64,000 nt of DNA from an uncultured Gemmatimonadales bacterium (GCA_963798085.1 CAWCRS010000007.1:768001-832000); one strand, 5' to 3'; shown: positions 49,578-60,101, numbered from the stretch's first letter. The notes: generated by a model not told the origin, from the letters alone. Made by a program: numbers and translations.

Positions 49578-51689
49578 TCAGAATCGCGGCCCGACATCGA
49601 CACTGAACAACAGCCTGCTATGCGTGTTGCCACCGACATCGACGGCCACGCGGCCGAACGGTGTCCACCATAGCACACCGGTCTCCACGCCCGCGAACCA
49701 GCGCGCGGCATCGAGCTTCCCGAGTGTAGGAGCGGCGGCACCGGCGCGGATACGCAGGCGCACGTGGGACTCGAGCGGCGTGGCCAGCGCGATGTCGGCG
49801 CCACCCAGCACGCTGGCGCGGTCGCGGGCCTCGCCCCAGCGCAGGCCGGGCATGTCGTGCCTGTCACCCAGCGCGAGCTGCGCATCCGCCGGCGTCCCGG
49901 CGCTGGCGGCGGCGACCTGCCCGACCAGCGCACCCATCACGCGGCCGCGCCGGCCCGCGGCGAGCGAGCCGGTGGCCATAACACCGTGCCAGGGCACATC
50001 GCCGAAACGCCAGTCCGCCTCCAGCCTCGGCACCTCGCCTACGATCTCCGCGCCGCGGCTGCGCCCGCCAATGCGCAGCGAGGGGCCGGCGGCGAAGCCG
50101 CGCAGCGCCGCGTCGTGCACGTGCTCGGCGCGCACGGCGACATTCACGTCGGTGGCTGTATCCAGCGGGCGCCATGCGAGTCCCAGCCAGGCGCCGGAGC
50201 GCTGTACGCTGTGCTCGGCAATGCCGTCGGCTTCGAACAGCCGCTGGTCGTACTCGCCCGCAAACACGCCTGTTTGCAGCGAAACTGCGGGCTGGGCGGG
50301 CAGCGCGTGCCGGATGGAGAGCGCGGCCTGCGTCTCGATGGCACTCGCGCTCAGCGACAGCTGCGCTTCGCTGGTGCCGGCGAAGCGCTGGCGCAGTCCG
50401 GCCCACGCGCGAAAGCCGCGGTCGCTGTCGAACCCGGCCGCACCGGATGCGAGCGTTGGCGGCCTCGCCTCGACACGCACCGTGAGCGCATCGCGGCCGC
50501 CGCGCTGCTCCATGCCGGGCCACACGCCCGCGAAAAAGCCGGACGTGTAGATGCGCGCGATGGCCGCGGTCACCGCCGCCGGATCGTAGCGCTGGTCTTT
50601 CAGCGGCGAGAAAACGCGGTTCACGAAAGGCAGAAGACTGGTGTCGTTCACCTCGATGACGACAGCGCCGAACGTGGTGGGCGCAGGCGCCGGTGATGGC
50701 ATGCGTGCGTTGTGGAACTCGGGCGCCTGCTCCAGTGCGGCCGTGCGCCCCGCTTCCAGCAGATACAGCGGATCACGCACGAATACCATGGCAAACAGAT
50801 TCGGATCAATGGCGGGTGTAATGGTTATGTCTGCCGGTGTCGTGTCCGTGCGCGCGTTGCGCAACGTGATGCGCAGTCCGCGCAGCGCCACCTCGAACGG
50901 CGTCAGCCCGCGCATGCTGTCGGGCGGGCGCAGCACATCGACCGCCACCGTGCGTCGCGCGCCTGCGTCCTTCGCCTGGCGCACGGGCAGATAATCCGCG
51001 AGTCCGCCATCCACGAGCGTCTGTCCGTTCAGCAGCACGGGCGCGAACACGCCGGGCACGGCCATGCTGGCGCGCGCCGCGCGCGCCAGGTTGCCGCGTC
51101 CCAGCGCGACGGCGAAACCGGTGCGCAGATCCACCGCAATGGCGCGGAACCGGCGAGGCATGTTGTCGAAGTTGCCGCCGGCGCGTGCACCGGCATCGAA
51201 CAGCTCGGTGGCCAGCAGGCGGTTCACCCGCCAGTCCGGTATGAGCCCTTCGCTGTAGCGATCGCGGTCGACGTACACGCCCATGTCCACCATGGGACGG
51301 CGAGGACGGGCGTCCGGTCCAATGTAGAGCGTGGGCATGGAGAACAGCTCGAGCCAGTCCACGCGTCGCGTGAGTGACCAGATCGAGTCCGGTGCCACGC
51401 CTGCCGCGTACAGTGCGCCGATGATGGCGCCCATGCTCGTGCCCACCACCAGGTCCGCCTGCATGCCGCGCTGCTCGAGACCGACGAGTGCGCCCGCGTG
51501 CGCCAGACCGCGCGAGCCGCCGCCGCTCAGCACGACCGCAACCTGCCCGCGTGCCGGACTCGCCAGCAACACCAGCGCGAGCGCACCGGCAGCCAGCGTG
51601 CGCCGTGACGACGTGCGGCACGACACGCGCGGCGCGTGGCTGGCCCGGGAGCCACCGCGCATGACGGCATGGAGCGGAAGCAGACGCAT
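49578..51689 (-). CDS. Patatin-like phospholipase with POTRA-like and beta-barrel C-terminus (PlpD-like); start uncertain
   Basis: LSGGGSRG, GTSMG and DGG motifs; C-terminal amphipathic strands ending in F. Confidence 0.85.
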   Translation of the reverse strand: MRLLPLHAVMRGGSRASHAPRVSCRTSSRRTLAAGALALVLLASPARGQVAVVLSGGGSRGLAHAGALVGLEQRGMQADLVVGTSMGAIIGALYAAGVAPDSIWSLTRRVDWLELFSMPTLYIGPDARPRRPMVDMGVYVDRDRYSEGLIPDWRVNRLLATELFDAGARAGGNFDNMPRRFRAIAVDLRTGFAVALGRGNLARAARASMAVPGVFAPVLLNGQTLVDGGLADYLPVRQAKDAGARRTVAVDVLRPPDSMRGLTPFEVALRGLRITLRNARTDTTPADITITPAIDPNLFAMVFVRDPLYLLEAGRTAALEQAPEFHNARMPSPAPAPTTFGAVVIEVNDTSLLPFVNRVFSPLKDQRYDPAAVTAAIARIYTSGFFAGVWPGMEQRGGRDALTVRVEARPPTLASGAAGFDSDRGFRAWAGLRQRFAGTSEAQLSLSASAIETQAALSIRHALPAQPAVSLQTGVFAGEYDQRLFEADGIAEHSVQRSGAWLGLAWRPLDTATDVNVAVRAEHVHDAALRGFAAGPSLRIGGRSRGAEIVGEVPRLEADWRFGDVPWHGVMATGSLAAGRRGRVMGALVGQVAAASAGTPADAQLALGDRHDMPGLRWGEARDRASVLGGADIALATPLESHVRLRIRAGAAAPTLGKLDAARWFAGVETGVLWWTPFGRVAVDVGGNTHSRLLFSVDVGPRF

Positions 51690-51771
51690 GACCTGAAGGT
51701 AGGGCGCTTCACGCGCTGTGCGGAAGTGGCCGGGGCTGGCGAATCGCGTCTGGAAACAGGACATTCACGCC

Positions 51772-52392
51772 ATGGAATCGGAACGCTTCGCCGGTCAGAT
51801 CCGCTTCATTGTCGAGATCGACAAGCTGAAGGGCGTGCTGCGACGCACACTATTGACGGACCGCTCGCGCCGTGAGAACAGTGCGGAACACTCGTGGCAC
51901 CTCGCGCTCATGGCCACGCTGCTCGCCGAGTTCGCGCCGCCCGCGACCAATGTGCGCCGCGTCATCGAGATGCTGCTGGTGCACGACATCGTCGAGATCG
52001 ATGCGGGTGACACCTTCGCCTACGACGCCGCCGGCAACGCCGATCGTGCGCAGCGCGAGAGCGCCGCGGCTGACCGCCTGTTCGGTCTGCTGCCGCCGGA
52101 TCAGGGCAGTCGATTGCGCGCGCTGTGGGAGGAATTCGAAGCCGGTGCCAGCGACGAAGCCCGCTACGCGATCGCGCTGGACCGCCTGCAGCCGCTGCTG
52201 CAGAACGTGCACGCGGATGGCGGCGCCTGGCGCACGCACGGTGTCACGCGCGAGCAGGTGCTGGCGCGCATGCAGCCCATCCGCGAGCTGTCCGAATCGA
52301 TCTGGCTCTATGTGACCCGCCAGATCGACGAAGTGTGGATGAAAGGCCGCGTGAAGCGCTTCACCGATGACGGCGGCTGGGTCGTCGAGTGA
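51772..52392 (+). CDS. HD-domain phosphohydrolase (HDDC2/YfbR-like)
   Basis: IDKLKGVLR, ENSAEHSWH, HDIVEIDAGD, DRLQP. Confidence 0.9.
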   Translation: MESERFAGQIRFIVEIDKLKGVLRRTLLTDRSRRENSAEHSWHLALMATLLAEFAPPATNVRRVIEMLLVHDIVEIDAGDTFAYDAAGNADRAQRESAAADRLFGLLPPDQGSRLRALWEEFEAGASDEARYAIALDRLQPLLQNVHADGGAWRTHGVTREQVLARMQPIRELSESIWLYVTRQIDEVWMKGRVKRFTDDGGWVVE

Positions 52393-52430
52393 AGCGTGCG
52401 AGACGAACGTGAAGCGGCGTCGTCGCCTGT

Positions 52431-52985
52431 CTACTCCGCTGTTACGATCGCGCGCGCCCGGCTGAGTGCCTGCCGCCACGCCTGATCCAGCGCCGGCGTG
52501 GTGGGTCCGCAGGCAGCGATCACCGCGGTCGCCCAGTTCAGGTATTCCACGCGGCGCTCCATGCTCCAGTCGCGCGGCGGCGCCTCCGCCACATCCAGCA
52601 CGTTGGCGATCTTGTCCGCTACCTTGATCAGGCGGGCTTCGGGCGAGAGGCGGGCCGCGTCTTCGATCTGCAGGCGCTTGCGCACCGCCTTCGCCAGGTC
52701 CTTGTCATCGGACACTTCCTCGACCAGTCGGCGCACGCGCGCCCCGAAATGCTGTTCCAGCTCCGCTGCCGTGCAGCGCGTGTCCTCGAGTGTGTCGTGC
52801 AGGATCGCGGCCTGCAGGATCTCCGCTTCGCGCACATCGCCGGCATCGGCCAGCAGCCGGGCCACGCGTATGGGGTGATTGATGTACGGTGAGGCCTCGA
52901 TACCCTTGCGGCGCTGATCGCGGTGCTTCTCCGCGGCGAACTCGAGTGCGCTCAGCAGAGCCGATGCATCGTGAGCCGGCTGCAT
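52431..52985 (-). CDS. Small alarmone hydrolase-like HD protein (Mesh1/HDDC3-like)
   Basis: HRDQRRK, PYINHP, LHDTLEDT and KVADKIAN motifs; no synthetase domain. Confidence 0.88.
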   Translation of the reverse strand: MQPAHDASALLSALEFAAEKHRDQRRKGIEASPYINHPIRVARLLADAGDVREAEILQAAILHDTLEDTRCTAAELEQHFGARVRRLVEEVSDDKDLAKAVRKRLQIEDAARLSPEARLIKVADKIANVLDVAEAPPRDWSMERRVEYLNWATAVIAACGPTTPALDQAWRQALSRARAIVTAE

Positions 52986-53009
52986 GCGCGCCGGGCAGGG
53001 CGAGAAAGG

Positions 53010-54861
53010 CTACAGCCGGCGCGCGCTGGCGGCGCGCGGCCTCGCCTCGGGTACGATCGCTTCCTTCTCGGGCACCGGATCCTCACCGGGGTTGATGAAG
53101 AGATCGGTCTCGAGGCCGCGCTGCCGCTCGTACAGCCGGCGGTAGAGCCCGCCATGATGCAGCAGCTCGGCGTGTGAGCCACGCTCGACAATGCGGCCGC
53201 CATCCATCACCAGAATCTGGTCGGCGCTGCGAATGGTGGAGAGGCGGTGCGCAATGACGAACGTCGTGCGGCCGGAGCGCAGCGCGCGCAGGCCGTCCTG
53301 GATCAGCGCTTCACTCTCGCTGTCCAGGCTGGACGTCGCTTCGTCCAGCAGCAGCACGTGCGGATCCGCGATGATGGCGCGCGCAATGGCCACGCGCTGG
53401 CGCTGTCCGCCGGAGAGCTTGACGCCGCGTTCGCCGACGATGGTGTCGTAACCCTTCTCGAAACGATTCACGAACTCATCGCAGTGCGCAATGCGCGCGG
53501 CGTTGCGGACGTCCTCATCCGTGGCATCGGGCCGCGCGTACGCAATGTTCTCGCGAATGCTGCCATCGAACAGGAAGTTATCCTGCATGACCACACCCAG
53601 CTGGCGGCGGTAGTCGTGCAGCCGCAGGGTGGTCAGGTCGCTGCCATCCACCAGCAGATGTCCCTGCTGCGGGCGGTGGAACGCCATCACCAGGTTGATC
53701 AGCGTGCTCTTGCCCGCGCCGCTCGGCCCGACCAGCGCCGTCGTGGTACCGGCGGGTGCGTGAAAAGAGACGTCGCGCAGCACCGGCTTGTCGTCTTCAT
53801 AACCGAACGTCACATCATCGAAGACGACGTCGCCCTGCACATCCGCCACCGGCGCCAGCGCCAGGTCTTCGTCATCTTCCGTCTTCATGTCGCGGATCTC
53901 GCGGATGCGATCGAGGCCCGCGAACGCTTCTGTCAGCTGCGTGCTGATCGGACGCGATCTGCACCAGCGGCGCCACCATCAGGCCGATGAAGAACACGTA
54001 CATGATGAGGTCGCCCAGCGTCATGGCGCCCAATGCCACGGCGCCGCCGCCCACCACCATGATCAGGATGCCCACGGCGCCCACGATCACCGAGGACAGC
54101 GCGGCCACGCCCGATGTGCCCGTGATGGTGCGCGCAATGTTCTTGAACAGACGGTCCACGCCCTCGTGGAAGATGCCGGCCTCGCGCGGCTCGGCGACGT
54201 AGATCTTTACCAGACGCACGCCACCCATGGTCTCGCCCAGCCGGCCCGTGACTTCTTCCTGGATCTTCCAGCGCTCGCGGAAAATCGGACGCAGCTTGCG
54301 GAACGCCACCGCCATGATGCCCATGAACATGAGCAGCAGCGCGATGGCGCCGACCGTCAGCTTCCAGTTCACCCACAGCAGCACGCCCAGCGCGAGCAGG
54401 GCGGTGAAGAAGCCGCCCACCAGCTGCACAATGCCCGTACCAACGAGATTCCGGATGCCCTCCGGATCGTTCATGATGCGCGAGATGAGGGCGCCGCTCT
54501 TGGTGGAATCGAAATAACTGACGGGCAGGTGGATGATATGCTCCTGCACGGTAGCGCGCATGTTACGGATGGCGCGTTGCGCCGCAATGCTGACCACCTG
54601 CGACAGGCCGAACGAGCTCGAGGCCTGCACCAGCGTGGCGAGGCCCGCAGCCGCGGCCAGCGGCATGAGCAGGTCGATGCGGTGCTTGCCAATGACGGTG
54701 TCGATCAGGAACTTCGAAGACGCGGGCAGGACGAAACCTGCGAGCCGGCCCAGAGCCATGAGGGCGAAGCCGATCTGAAGGGAGCGGCGGTGCTCGCGGA
54801 TGAGCGCCCACGCTTCCTTCCTCGCATTAGCCAGATTGAGCTTTTTCTTCTTGTTACTCAC
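53010..54861 (-). CDS. ABC exporter, fused permease/ATPase (MsbA-like), frameshifted near 53950
   Basis: TMD in frame 53872..55011; GPSGAGKS, LSGGQ and DEATSSLD in frame 53010..53888. Confidence 0.9.
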
Positions 54862-54998
54862 CGTCCGGAAGGTTAACGGGTGAGCGACCGGCGCGAAAGT
54901 CGCACCGGTCGCGTCAGGCCCGCCGCCGCGTGGTCCCGAATGCCCCACGAGTGGAAGCGCGGTTTGCGGAACACGGGCCCAACCTCCAATTCTGCAGC

Positions 54999-56849
54999 AT
55001 GAATCGAACACCCGTGCACCGGGTGAAGCGCGAGTTGGCGCGGGTCCGGCGGACCGCGCGGGGCCAGGTCACCGCCGCCTCCGGCGCGTGGGCCCGCCTC
55101 ATCGACTGGTTCAACGCGCGCCAGCTCAGCGAAAACACCATCCTCCTGATCTTCGCCGTCGCCATCGGCGCGCTGGGTGCGCTGGGCGTCGTCGGTTTCT
55201 ACAAGCTCATCGACCTCGCCTTCGCAGTGTTCTACCGCTGGTCGCTCTCTCGCCTGCCCGGCCTGGACATGCTTCTCTGGCGCCCGTTCGTCACCGGGGC
55301 GGGACTGGTTGTGGCGTGGTGGATCGTGCACCGCTTCGGCCGCGGATACGAAGGCATGAACGTGCCGGATGTACAGCTGGCCGTCGCGCGCCGAGGCGGT
55401 TATCTGCCGGTCGGGCCGGCGCTGGCACGCACCGCAGCGAGTGCCGTGACGCTCGGCTGCGGTGGCTCGGCCGGAAGCGAAGGCCCGGTTGCCGTGGTGG
55501 GTTCCGTGACAGGGTCGCTGCTGGGCCAGGCGTTTCGCTTCGACGCGGCGCGCATTCGCGTGCTGGTGGGCGCGGGCGCGGCCGCGGGCATCTCCGCCGC
55601 GTTCAATGCACCACTGGGCGGCGCGTTCTTCGCACTCGAGGAAATCCTCGGCTCGCTCGCAGTAGGCGCGTTTCCGCCCGTCGTCGTGAGCAGCGTGGTC
55701 GCGGCTGTCGTGTCACGCGCATTCTTCGGCAACCATCCGGCGTTCCCCATTCCCGAAGAATTCGGCTACGCGCTCACGCGCGAAGTCTTCCTGTTCTATC
55801 CGCTGCTCGGCGTGCTCACCGCGTTCGTGTCGGTGCTCTTCGTGCGCGTGTACTTCGGGACGGAGTCGCTGATTCGACGGCTGCGCGTGTCGCCATGGCT
55901 CGCGGCGCTGGTGGGTGGGTTGCTCATCGGCGCCATGGTGTCCGTCTCCAGCGGCCAGCTCGTGGGTTATGGCCACCTCGCGTTGCGCCTCGATCTGTTC
56001 GGTCGCATGCCCCTGCTGGTCCTCTGTCTGCTGGCACTGGGCAAGATCGTGGCGACATCGCTCACGCTGAATGCCGGCGGCTCCGGCGGCGTGTTCACGC
56101 CCTCACTGTACATCGGCGCGGTGACGGGTGGTGCGTTCGGCGTGGCGCTGCGCACGCTCTTTCCCCAGCTGGCGCTGCACCCGGAGTCGTACGCGCTGGT
56201 GGGCATGGGCGCGGTGATCGGCGCGGCCACCGGCGCGCCCATCACGGGCATCCTCATCGTGTTCGAGATGACCAACGACTACGCCATCGTGCTGCCGCTC
56301 ATGCTGAGCACCGCCATCGCGATTCTCATTGCGCGGCGCCTCGAGCGGGACACGCTGTACAGCGGCTGGCTGCGCCGGCGAGGCGAGCAGATCGAGCACG
56401 GTCGGGACCGCGATGTGCTGGCCGGGTTGCGGGTGGCCGATGCGCTCGAACCGCTACCGCCCGTCATCAACGAGGATGCGACGGTCGCGGAGCTGCTCGA
56501 CCACCTGAGCGTCTCCGGACACACGGACTTTCCGGTCGTCGACGCCGAGGATCGGCTGACCGGCGTCATTACGCTCGCGGATCTGGGCCGCGCCGCAAAG
56601 GATCACGCAGACCTCGCGGGCATTCTCGTGGCGGCCGACCTGGTGGTACCCACGGAAACGGTCGCACCGGCGGACTCGCTCCTCGATGCCGTGCGCCGCC
56701 TGGGCATCCGCGGCTCCACCATGCTTCCCGTGATCGACCCCGTGACCGGCAAGCTGCTCGGCATCACGACGCGCGGTCATATCCTCGCGCTGTACGAACG
56801 CGCGGTTGCCAGCGCGCCGGAACAATCGCGCACACGCGCGCCGGTGTAA
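54999..56849 (+). CDS. ClC-family chloride channel/antiporter with CBS pair
   Basis: GSEGP, AFNAPLGG, GGVFTP and FEMT motifs; C-terminal CBS domains. Confidence 0.92.
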   Translation: MNRTPVHRVKRELARVRRTARGQVTAASGAWARLIDWFNARQLSENTILLIFAVAIGALGALGVVGFYKLIDLAFAVFYRWSLSRLPGLDMLLWRPFVTGAGLVVAWWIVHRFGRGYEGMNVPDVQLAVARRGGYLPVGPALARTAASAVTLGCGGSAGSEGPVAVVGSVTGSLLGQAFRFDAARIRVLVGAGAAAGISAAFNAPLGGAFFALEEILGSLAVGAFPPVVVSSVVAAVVSRAFFGNHPAFPIPEEFGYALTREVFLFYPLLGVLTAFVSVLFVRVYFGTESLIRRLRVSPWLAALVGGLLIGAMVSVSSGQLVGYGHLALRLDLFGRMPLLVLCLLALGKIVATSLTLNAGGSGGVFTPSLYIGAVTGGAFGVALRTLFPQLALHPESYALVGMGAVIGAATGAPITGILIVFEMTNDYAIVLPLMLSTAIAILIARRLERDTLYSGWLRRRGEQIEHGRDRDVLAGLRVADALEPLPPVINEDATVAELLDHLSVSGHTDFPVVDAEDRLTGVITLADLGRAAKDHADLAGILVAADLVVPTETVAPADSLLDAVRRLGIRGSTMLPVIDPVTGKLLGITTRGHILALYERAVASAPEQSRTRAPV

Positions 56850-56863
56850 CCGCGCACGAAGGC

Positions 56864-57859
56864 TCAGCCGAAATCGACGACGCGCATGCCTTCTGCAACG
56901 GCCTTGCGATGGAGCAGCCGGGCCGCTGCGGCATCCTCGATGGCCAGGCCCAGCGACTTGAAGAGCGTGACCTGGTGGCCGTTCTCGCGGCCGACCACGC
57001 GTCCCGTCACCAGCTCCGCCAGTTCGCCGCGTATGTGATCCGCGCCCACCACGCCCTCGGCAATGGGAATCAGGATATCGCCGGCTTCTGCGAGCGCGGC
57101 CGCCCGCGAGTCGACGAACACCGCCGCGCGCGCCACCGCCTCCGTATCCAGCTCGCGCGCGGCCGGTGTGCTGGCGCCCACCGCGTTGATGTGCGCGCCC
57201 GGCGCGACCCACTCGCCCGGCAGCACCGGCTCCTGGGCACCGGTCACCGTGCAGATGACGTCGGCGCCCAGCACCGCTAACTGCACGTTGGGCTGTGCCT
57301 CGACTGCTACGCCGTGCAACGCCTGCATTTCGCGCGCGAAGGCGAGCGCGTGCTCCGCGTTGCGGCTCCACACGCGCACCCGCCTGATGGGTCGCACCGC
57401 CCGCATGGCGGCAAGGTGGGACCGGGCCTGCACGCCCGCGCCCAGGATGGCCAGCTCGCTGGCCTGCGGCACCGCCAGCAGTCGTGTGGCCAGCGCGCTC
57501 ACCGCGGCCGTTCGCAGCGCCGTCACGCTGCCCGCTTCCATCAGCGCCAGAACCTCGCCATGCCGCGCGCCGAACAGCACGACGGCGCCCTGATGCGTTT
57601 CGTAGCGCGTATCCGCATTGCGCGGGAAAAGACTCACCAGCTTGACTGCCAGCGCCGGCTCATCATCACCCAGGAATGCAGGCATCACATACAGCGCGCC
57701 GTCGCCCGATGGCAGCGTGAGCACCTGGCGCAGCGGTTGCAGCGCTTCGTCTTGCGCCAGCGCGCGGAACGCCGCTTCCATGGCCGCAAGGCAGTCCGGC
57801 ATGGTCAGGAGGCGCCCTACATCGGCGCCGGTCAGCACAGGGATTCCCCGGATGTTCAT
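56864..57859 (-). CDS. Ornithine cyclodeaminase / mu-crystallin family protein
   Basis: TALRTAAVS, LGAGVQA, HINAVG and FKSLGLAIED motifs. Confidence 0.9.
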   Translation of the reverse strand: MNIRGIPVLTGADVGRLLTMPDCLAAMEAAFRALAQDEALQPLRQVLTLPSGDGALYVMPAFLGDDEPALAVKLVSLFPRNADTRYETHQGAVVLFGARHGEVLALMEAGSVTALRTAAVSALATRLLAVPQASELAILGAGVQARSHLAAMRAVRPIRRVRVWSRNAEHALAFAREMQALHGVAVEAQPNVQLAVLGADVICTVTGAQEPVLPGEWVAPGAHINAVGASTPAARELDTEAVARAAVFVDSRAAALAEAGDILIPIAEGVVGADHIRGELAELVTGRVVGRENGHQVTLFKSLGLAIEDAAAARLLHRKAVAEGMRVVDFG

Positions 57860-57943
57860 GCAGTGTTCAGCGGTTGCGTATCGATAACCGTTCCGTCATC
57901 TTTCGAGGGGAGGTTGCGTAACGAATCGAAAGCGGGAGCAGCA

Positions 57944-58381
57944 ATGACATATGCCGAATTCATGGTGGCGCCCATGCGTGGCGAGCTTACGGCGATCGGG
58001 TTCAAGGAGCTGCGCACGCCCGGTGCTGTAGATGCGTTCATGCAGTCGCACAAGGATGGCGTCACGCTGGTGGCCGTCAACTCCATCTGCGGCTGTGCAG
58101 CCGGCAGCATGCGGCCGGCACTGGCGAAAGCGCTGGAAGGCAGCGCGCGCCCGACCGCCCTGGGCACGGTCTTCGCCGGACAGGATCTGGAAGCGACGGA
58201 ACGCGCCCGCCAGTACTTCACGGGGTACCCGCCGTCATCGCCGGCCGTAGCGCTGTTCAAGGATGGCGAGCTGGTGTTCATGCTCGAGCGCTCGCAGCTG
58301 AAGGGCCGTCCACCCCAGATGGTGGCGGAGGATCTGAGCGCTGCATTCGATCGCTTCTGCGGAGCGGGTGCACACACCTGA
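57944..58381 (+). CDS. BrxA/BrxB family bacilliredoxin
   Basis: NSICGCAAG (CGC), TVFAGQD and PPSSP motifs. Confidence 0.92.
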   Translation: MTYAEFMVAPMRGELTAIGFKELRTPGAVDAFMQSHKDGVTLVAVNSICGCAAGSMRPALAKALEGSARPTALGTVFAGQDLEATERARQYFTGYPPSSPAVALFKDGELVFMLERSQLKGRPPQMVAEDLSAAFDRFCGAGAHT

Positions 58382-58408
58382 CATTGACGCACAGCCCGGA
58401 ACGCCGTG

Positions 58409-58443
58409 CTGCCCGGCCACGTGACTGCGTGCCGGGCAGTTTT
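58409..58443 (+). terminator. Intrinsic terminator
   Basis: CTGCCCGGC...GCCGGGCAG stem followed by TTTT. Confidence 0.7.
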
Positions 58444-59633
58444 CATTCCTGACCCGACCGCGTCGCGTTCCCGGCGAAACGTGAAGCAAGGAAGGGCGTG
58501 AGATCGAAGCGCGGCGTGAGGCCGGTCGCGAGATCGGCAATCGATTCCGCGAGCGCCGGCGCGAACTTGAAGCCATGACCGGAACATGCGCTGGCCAGAA
58601 TCACACGCGGGTCCGCAGGATGCCGGTCGATCAGGAAGTGCTGGTCGGGCGTGTTCGTGTACAGACAGACGGATGTGTCGCGCAGCTCGCCGGCGGCGTC
58701 GGGCGCGAATTGCACGAGCCTGGAACGGATGCTGCCAATCTCATCGTCGCCTGCGGTCCGTTGCACCGCATCCGCATCGGCCACCATGAGGCCGTCGTGA
58801 TGCACCGCCGCCTTCACGCCATCGCCGGCGTCGGGCAGCAGATAGAAGAGTCCGCCCGCAGCAGGCTCGATGAGCGTGACGGGCAGCTGCTCCGGCTGCG
58901 TCGTCTGCGGGTTGAGCGGCTGGAAGAAGGCGACGACCTGGCGTTCGATCGTGAGCGGCGGCAGCGATGCGGCGCTGTTGCCCGCGTGCGCGCGCAGCAG
59001 TGCGCCCAGCCAGGGCCCCGCGCTCAGCACGAGCGTGTCGCACGCGTAGCGCGCCGCGCTGGTGCGCACCTGCACCGCGTCCCCGTCGTTCTGCCAGTCG
59101 AGCAGCGCCTCGCCGAAGTGCAGCTGCGCGCCGGCTGCCGCCGCCAGTCGCAGCAGCGCCTCGACGCAGCGTTCGGGGAACAGCATGCCGGCGCGCAGCT
59201 CGAGCACGCCTACCATGCCCGGTTCCGGCCGCAGCGCAGGGAAACGTTCCCGCAGCGGGCCCTCGCCTAACACGTGGTGAGGCAATGCGTGCAGGGACGC
59301 ACTGTGCAGCGCGCCGCGCACCAGCGCGCCCCCGGGCCGGCCCATCATGAGGGCACCGGTGCGCCGCAGCAGCACGGTGCCCGCATCGCTCTGCAGTGCC
59401 TGCCAGCGGTCCAGCGCGTGCTGCACCAGCGGCACGTAGAGCGGATGCTCGAAATAGGCTTCGCGGATGATGCGGCTGCGCCCGTGCGAGGAGCCGCGGT
59501 CGTGCGGCGTCGGCCAGCGATCCAGTCCCAGCACGGGAACGCCCCGCCGCGCCAGCTCGAGCACCGTGGCGGCGCCCGTGACGCCGAGTCCGGCAACCAC
59601 TACCGCGGGGGCTGGCGGCATGACCGTAATCAC
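58443..59633 (-). CDS. solA: N-methyl-L-tryptophan oxidase / monomeric sarcosine oxidase
   Basis: GLGVTG, GSSHGRSRIIR, CLYTNTPD and CSGHGFKF motifs. Confidence 0.88.
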   Translation of the reverse strand: MITVMPPAPAVVVAGLGVTGAATVLELARRGVPVLGLDRWPTPHDRGSSHGRSRIIREAYFEHPLYVPLVQHALDRWQALQSDAGTVLLRRTGALMMGRPGGALVRGALHSASLHALPHHVLGEGPLRERFPALRPEPGMVGVLELRAGMLFPERCVEALLRLAAAAGAQLHFGEALLDWQNDGDAVQVRTSAARYACDTLVLSAGPWLGALLRAHAGNSAASLPPLTIERQVVAFFQPLNPQTTQPEQLPVTLIEPAAGGLFYLLPDAGDGVKAAVHHDGLMVADADAVQRTAGDDEIGSIRSRLVQFAPDAAGELRDTSVCLYTNTPDQHFLIDRHPADPRVILASACSGHGFKFAPALAESIADLATGLTPRFDLTPFLASRFAGNATRSGQE

Positions 59634-59672
59634 GTGTTATGGCCGCGGCGGGCGAGCGGCCCGCGCCCGCCT

Positions 59673-60101
59673 TCAGGCCTTTTCGATGGCGTAGGAGATG
59701 CGCCAGTTCGACATGCTCTCGGGATCGCTCGGATCGATGTCGGCCTCGAACGTGCCCGGTCCGTACGTGCCCAGCCAGCTCGAGGGCACGCCGCGGAACT
59801 CGCGTCGGTAGCGGTCGAGCATGTCATTGGCCGTCATCATGTCGAGTTCTTCTCCCAGCAGCTCCACCACGAGGCTGCTCTCGACGGCGCCCTCGAAGAC
59901 CACGCGATTCAGGCTCAGCTGATTCCAGGCGGGGCGCTTGGAAATCTCGTAGTAGCCTTCCTTCGGGAAGCGCGTCTCCTGCGTGCGGCCGTCCGCGATG
60001 ACGCGCGCCGTGAAGCGGAATTCGCCGCGATCTTCATAGAACGGTTCCAGGATGTCCAGGATCTGGACCCAGCGAACCGTGACTCGAATGCGCTCAGGCA
60101 T
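59673..60101 (-). CDS. Hypothetical protein, beta-rich and acidic
   Basis: GGAGA RBS; 142-aa ORF with typical GC3-biased codons. Confidence 0.7.
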   Translation of the reverse strand: MPERIRVTVRWVQILDILEPFYEDRGEFRFTARVIADGRTQETRFPKEGYYEISKRPAWNQLSLNRVVFEGAVESSLVVELLGEELDMMTANDMLDRYRREFRGVPSSWLGTYGPGTFEADIDPSDPESMSNWRISYAIEKA

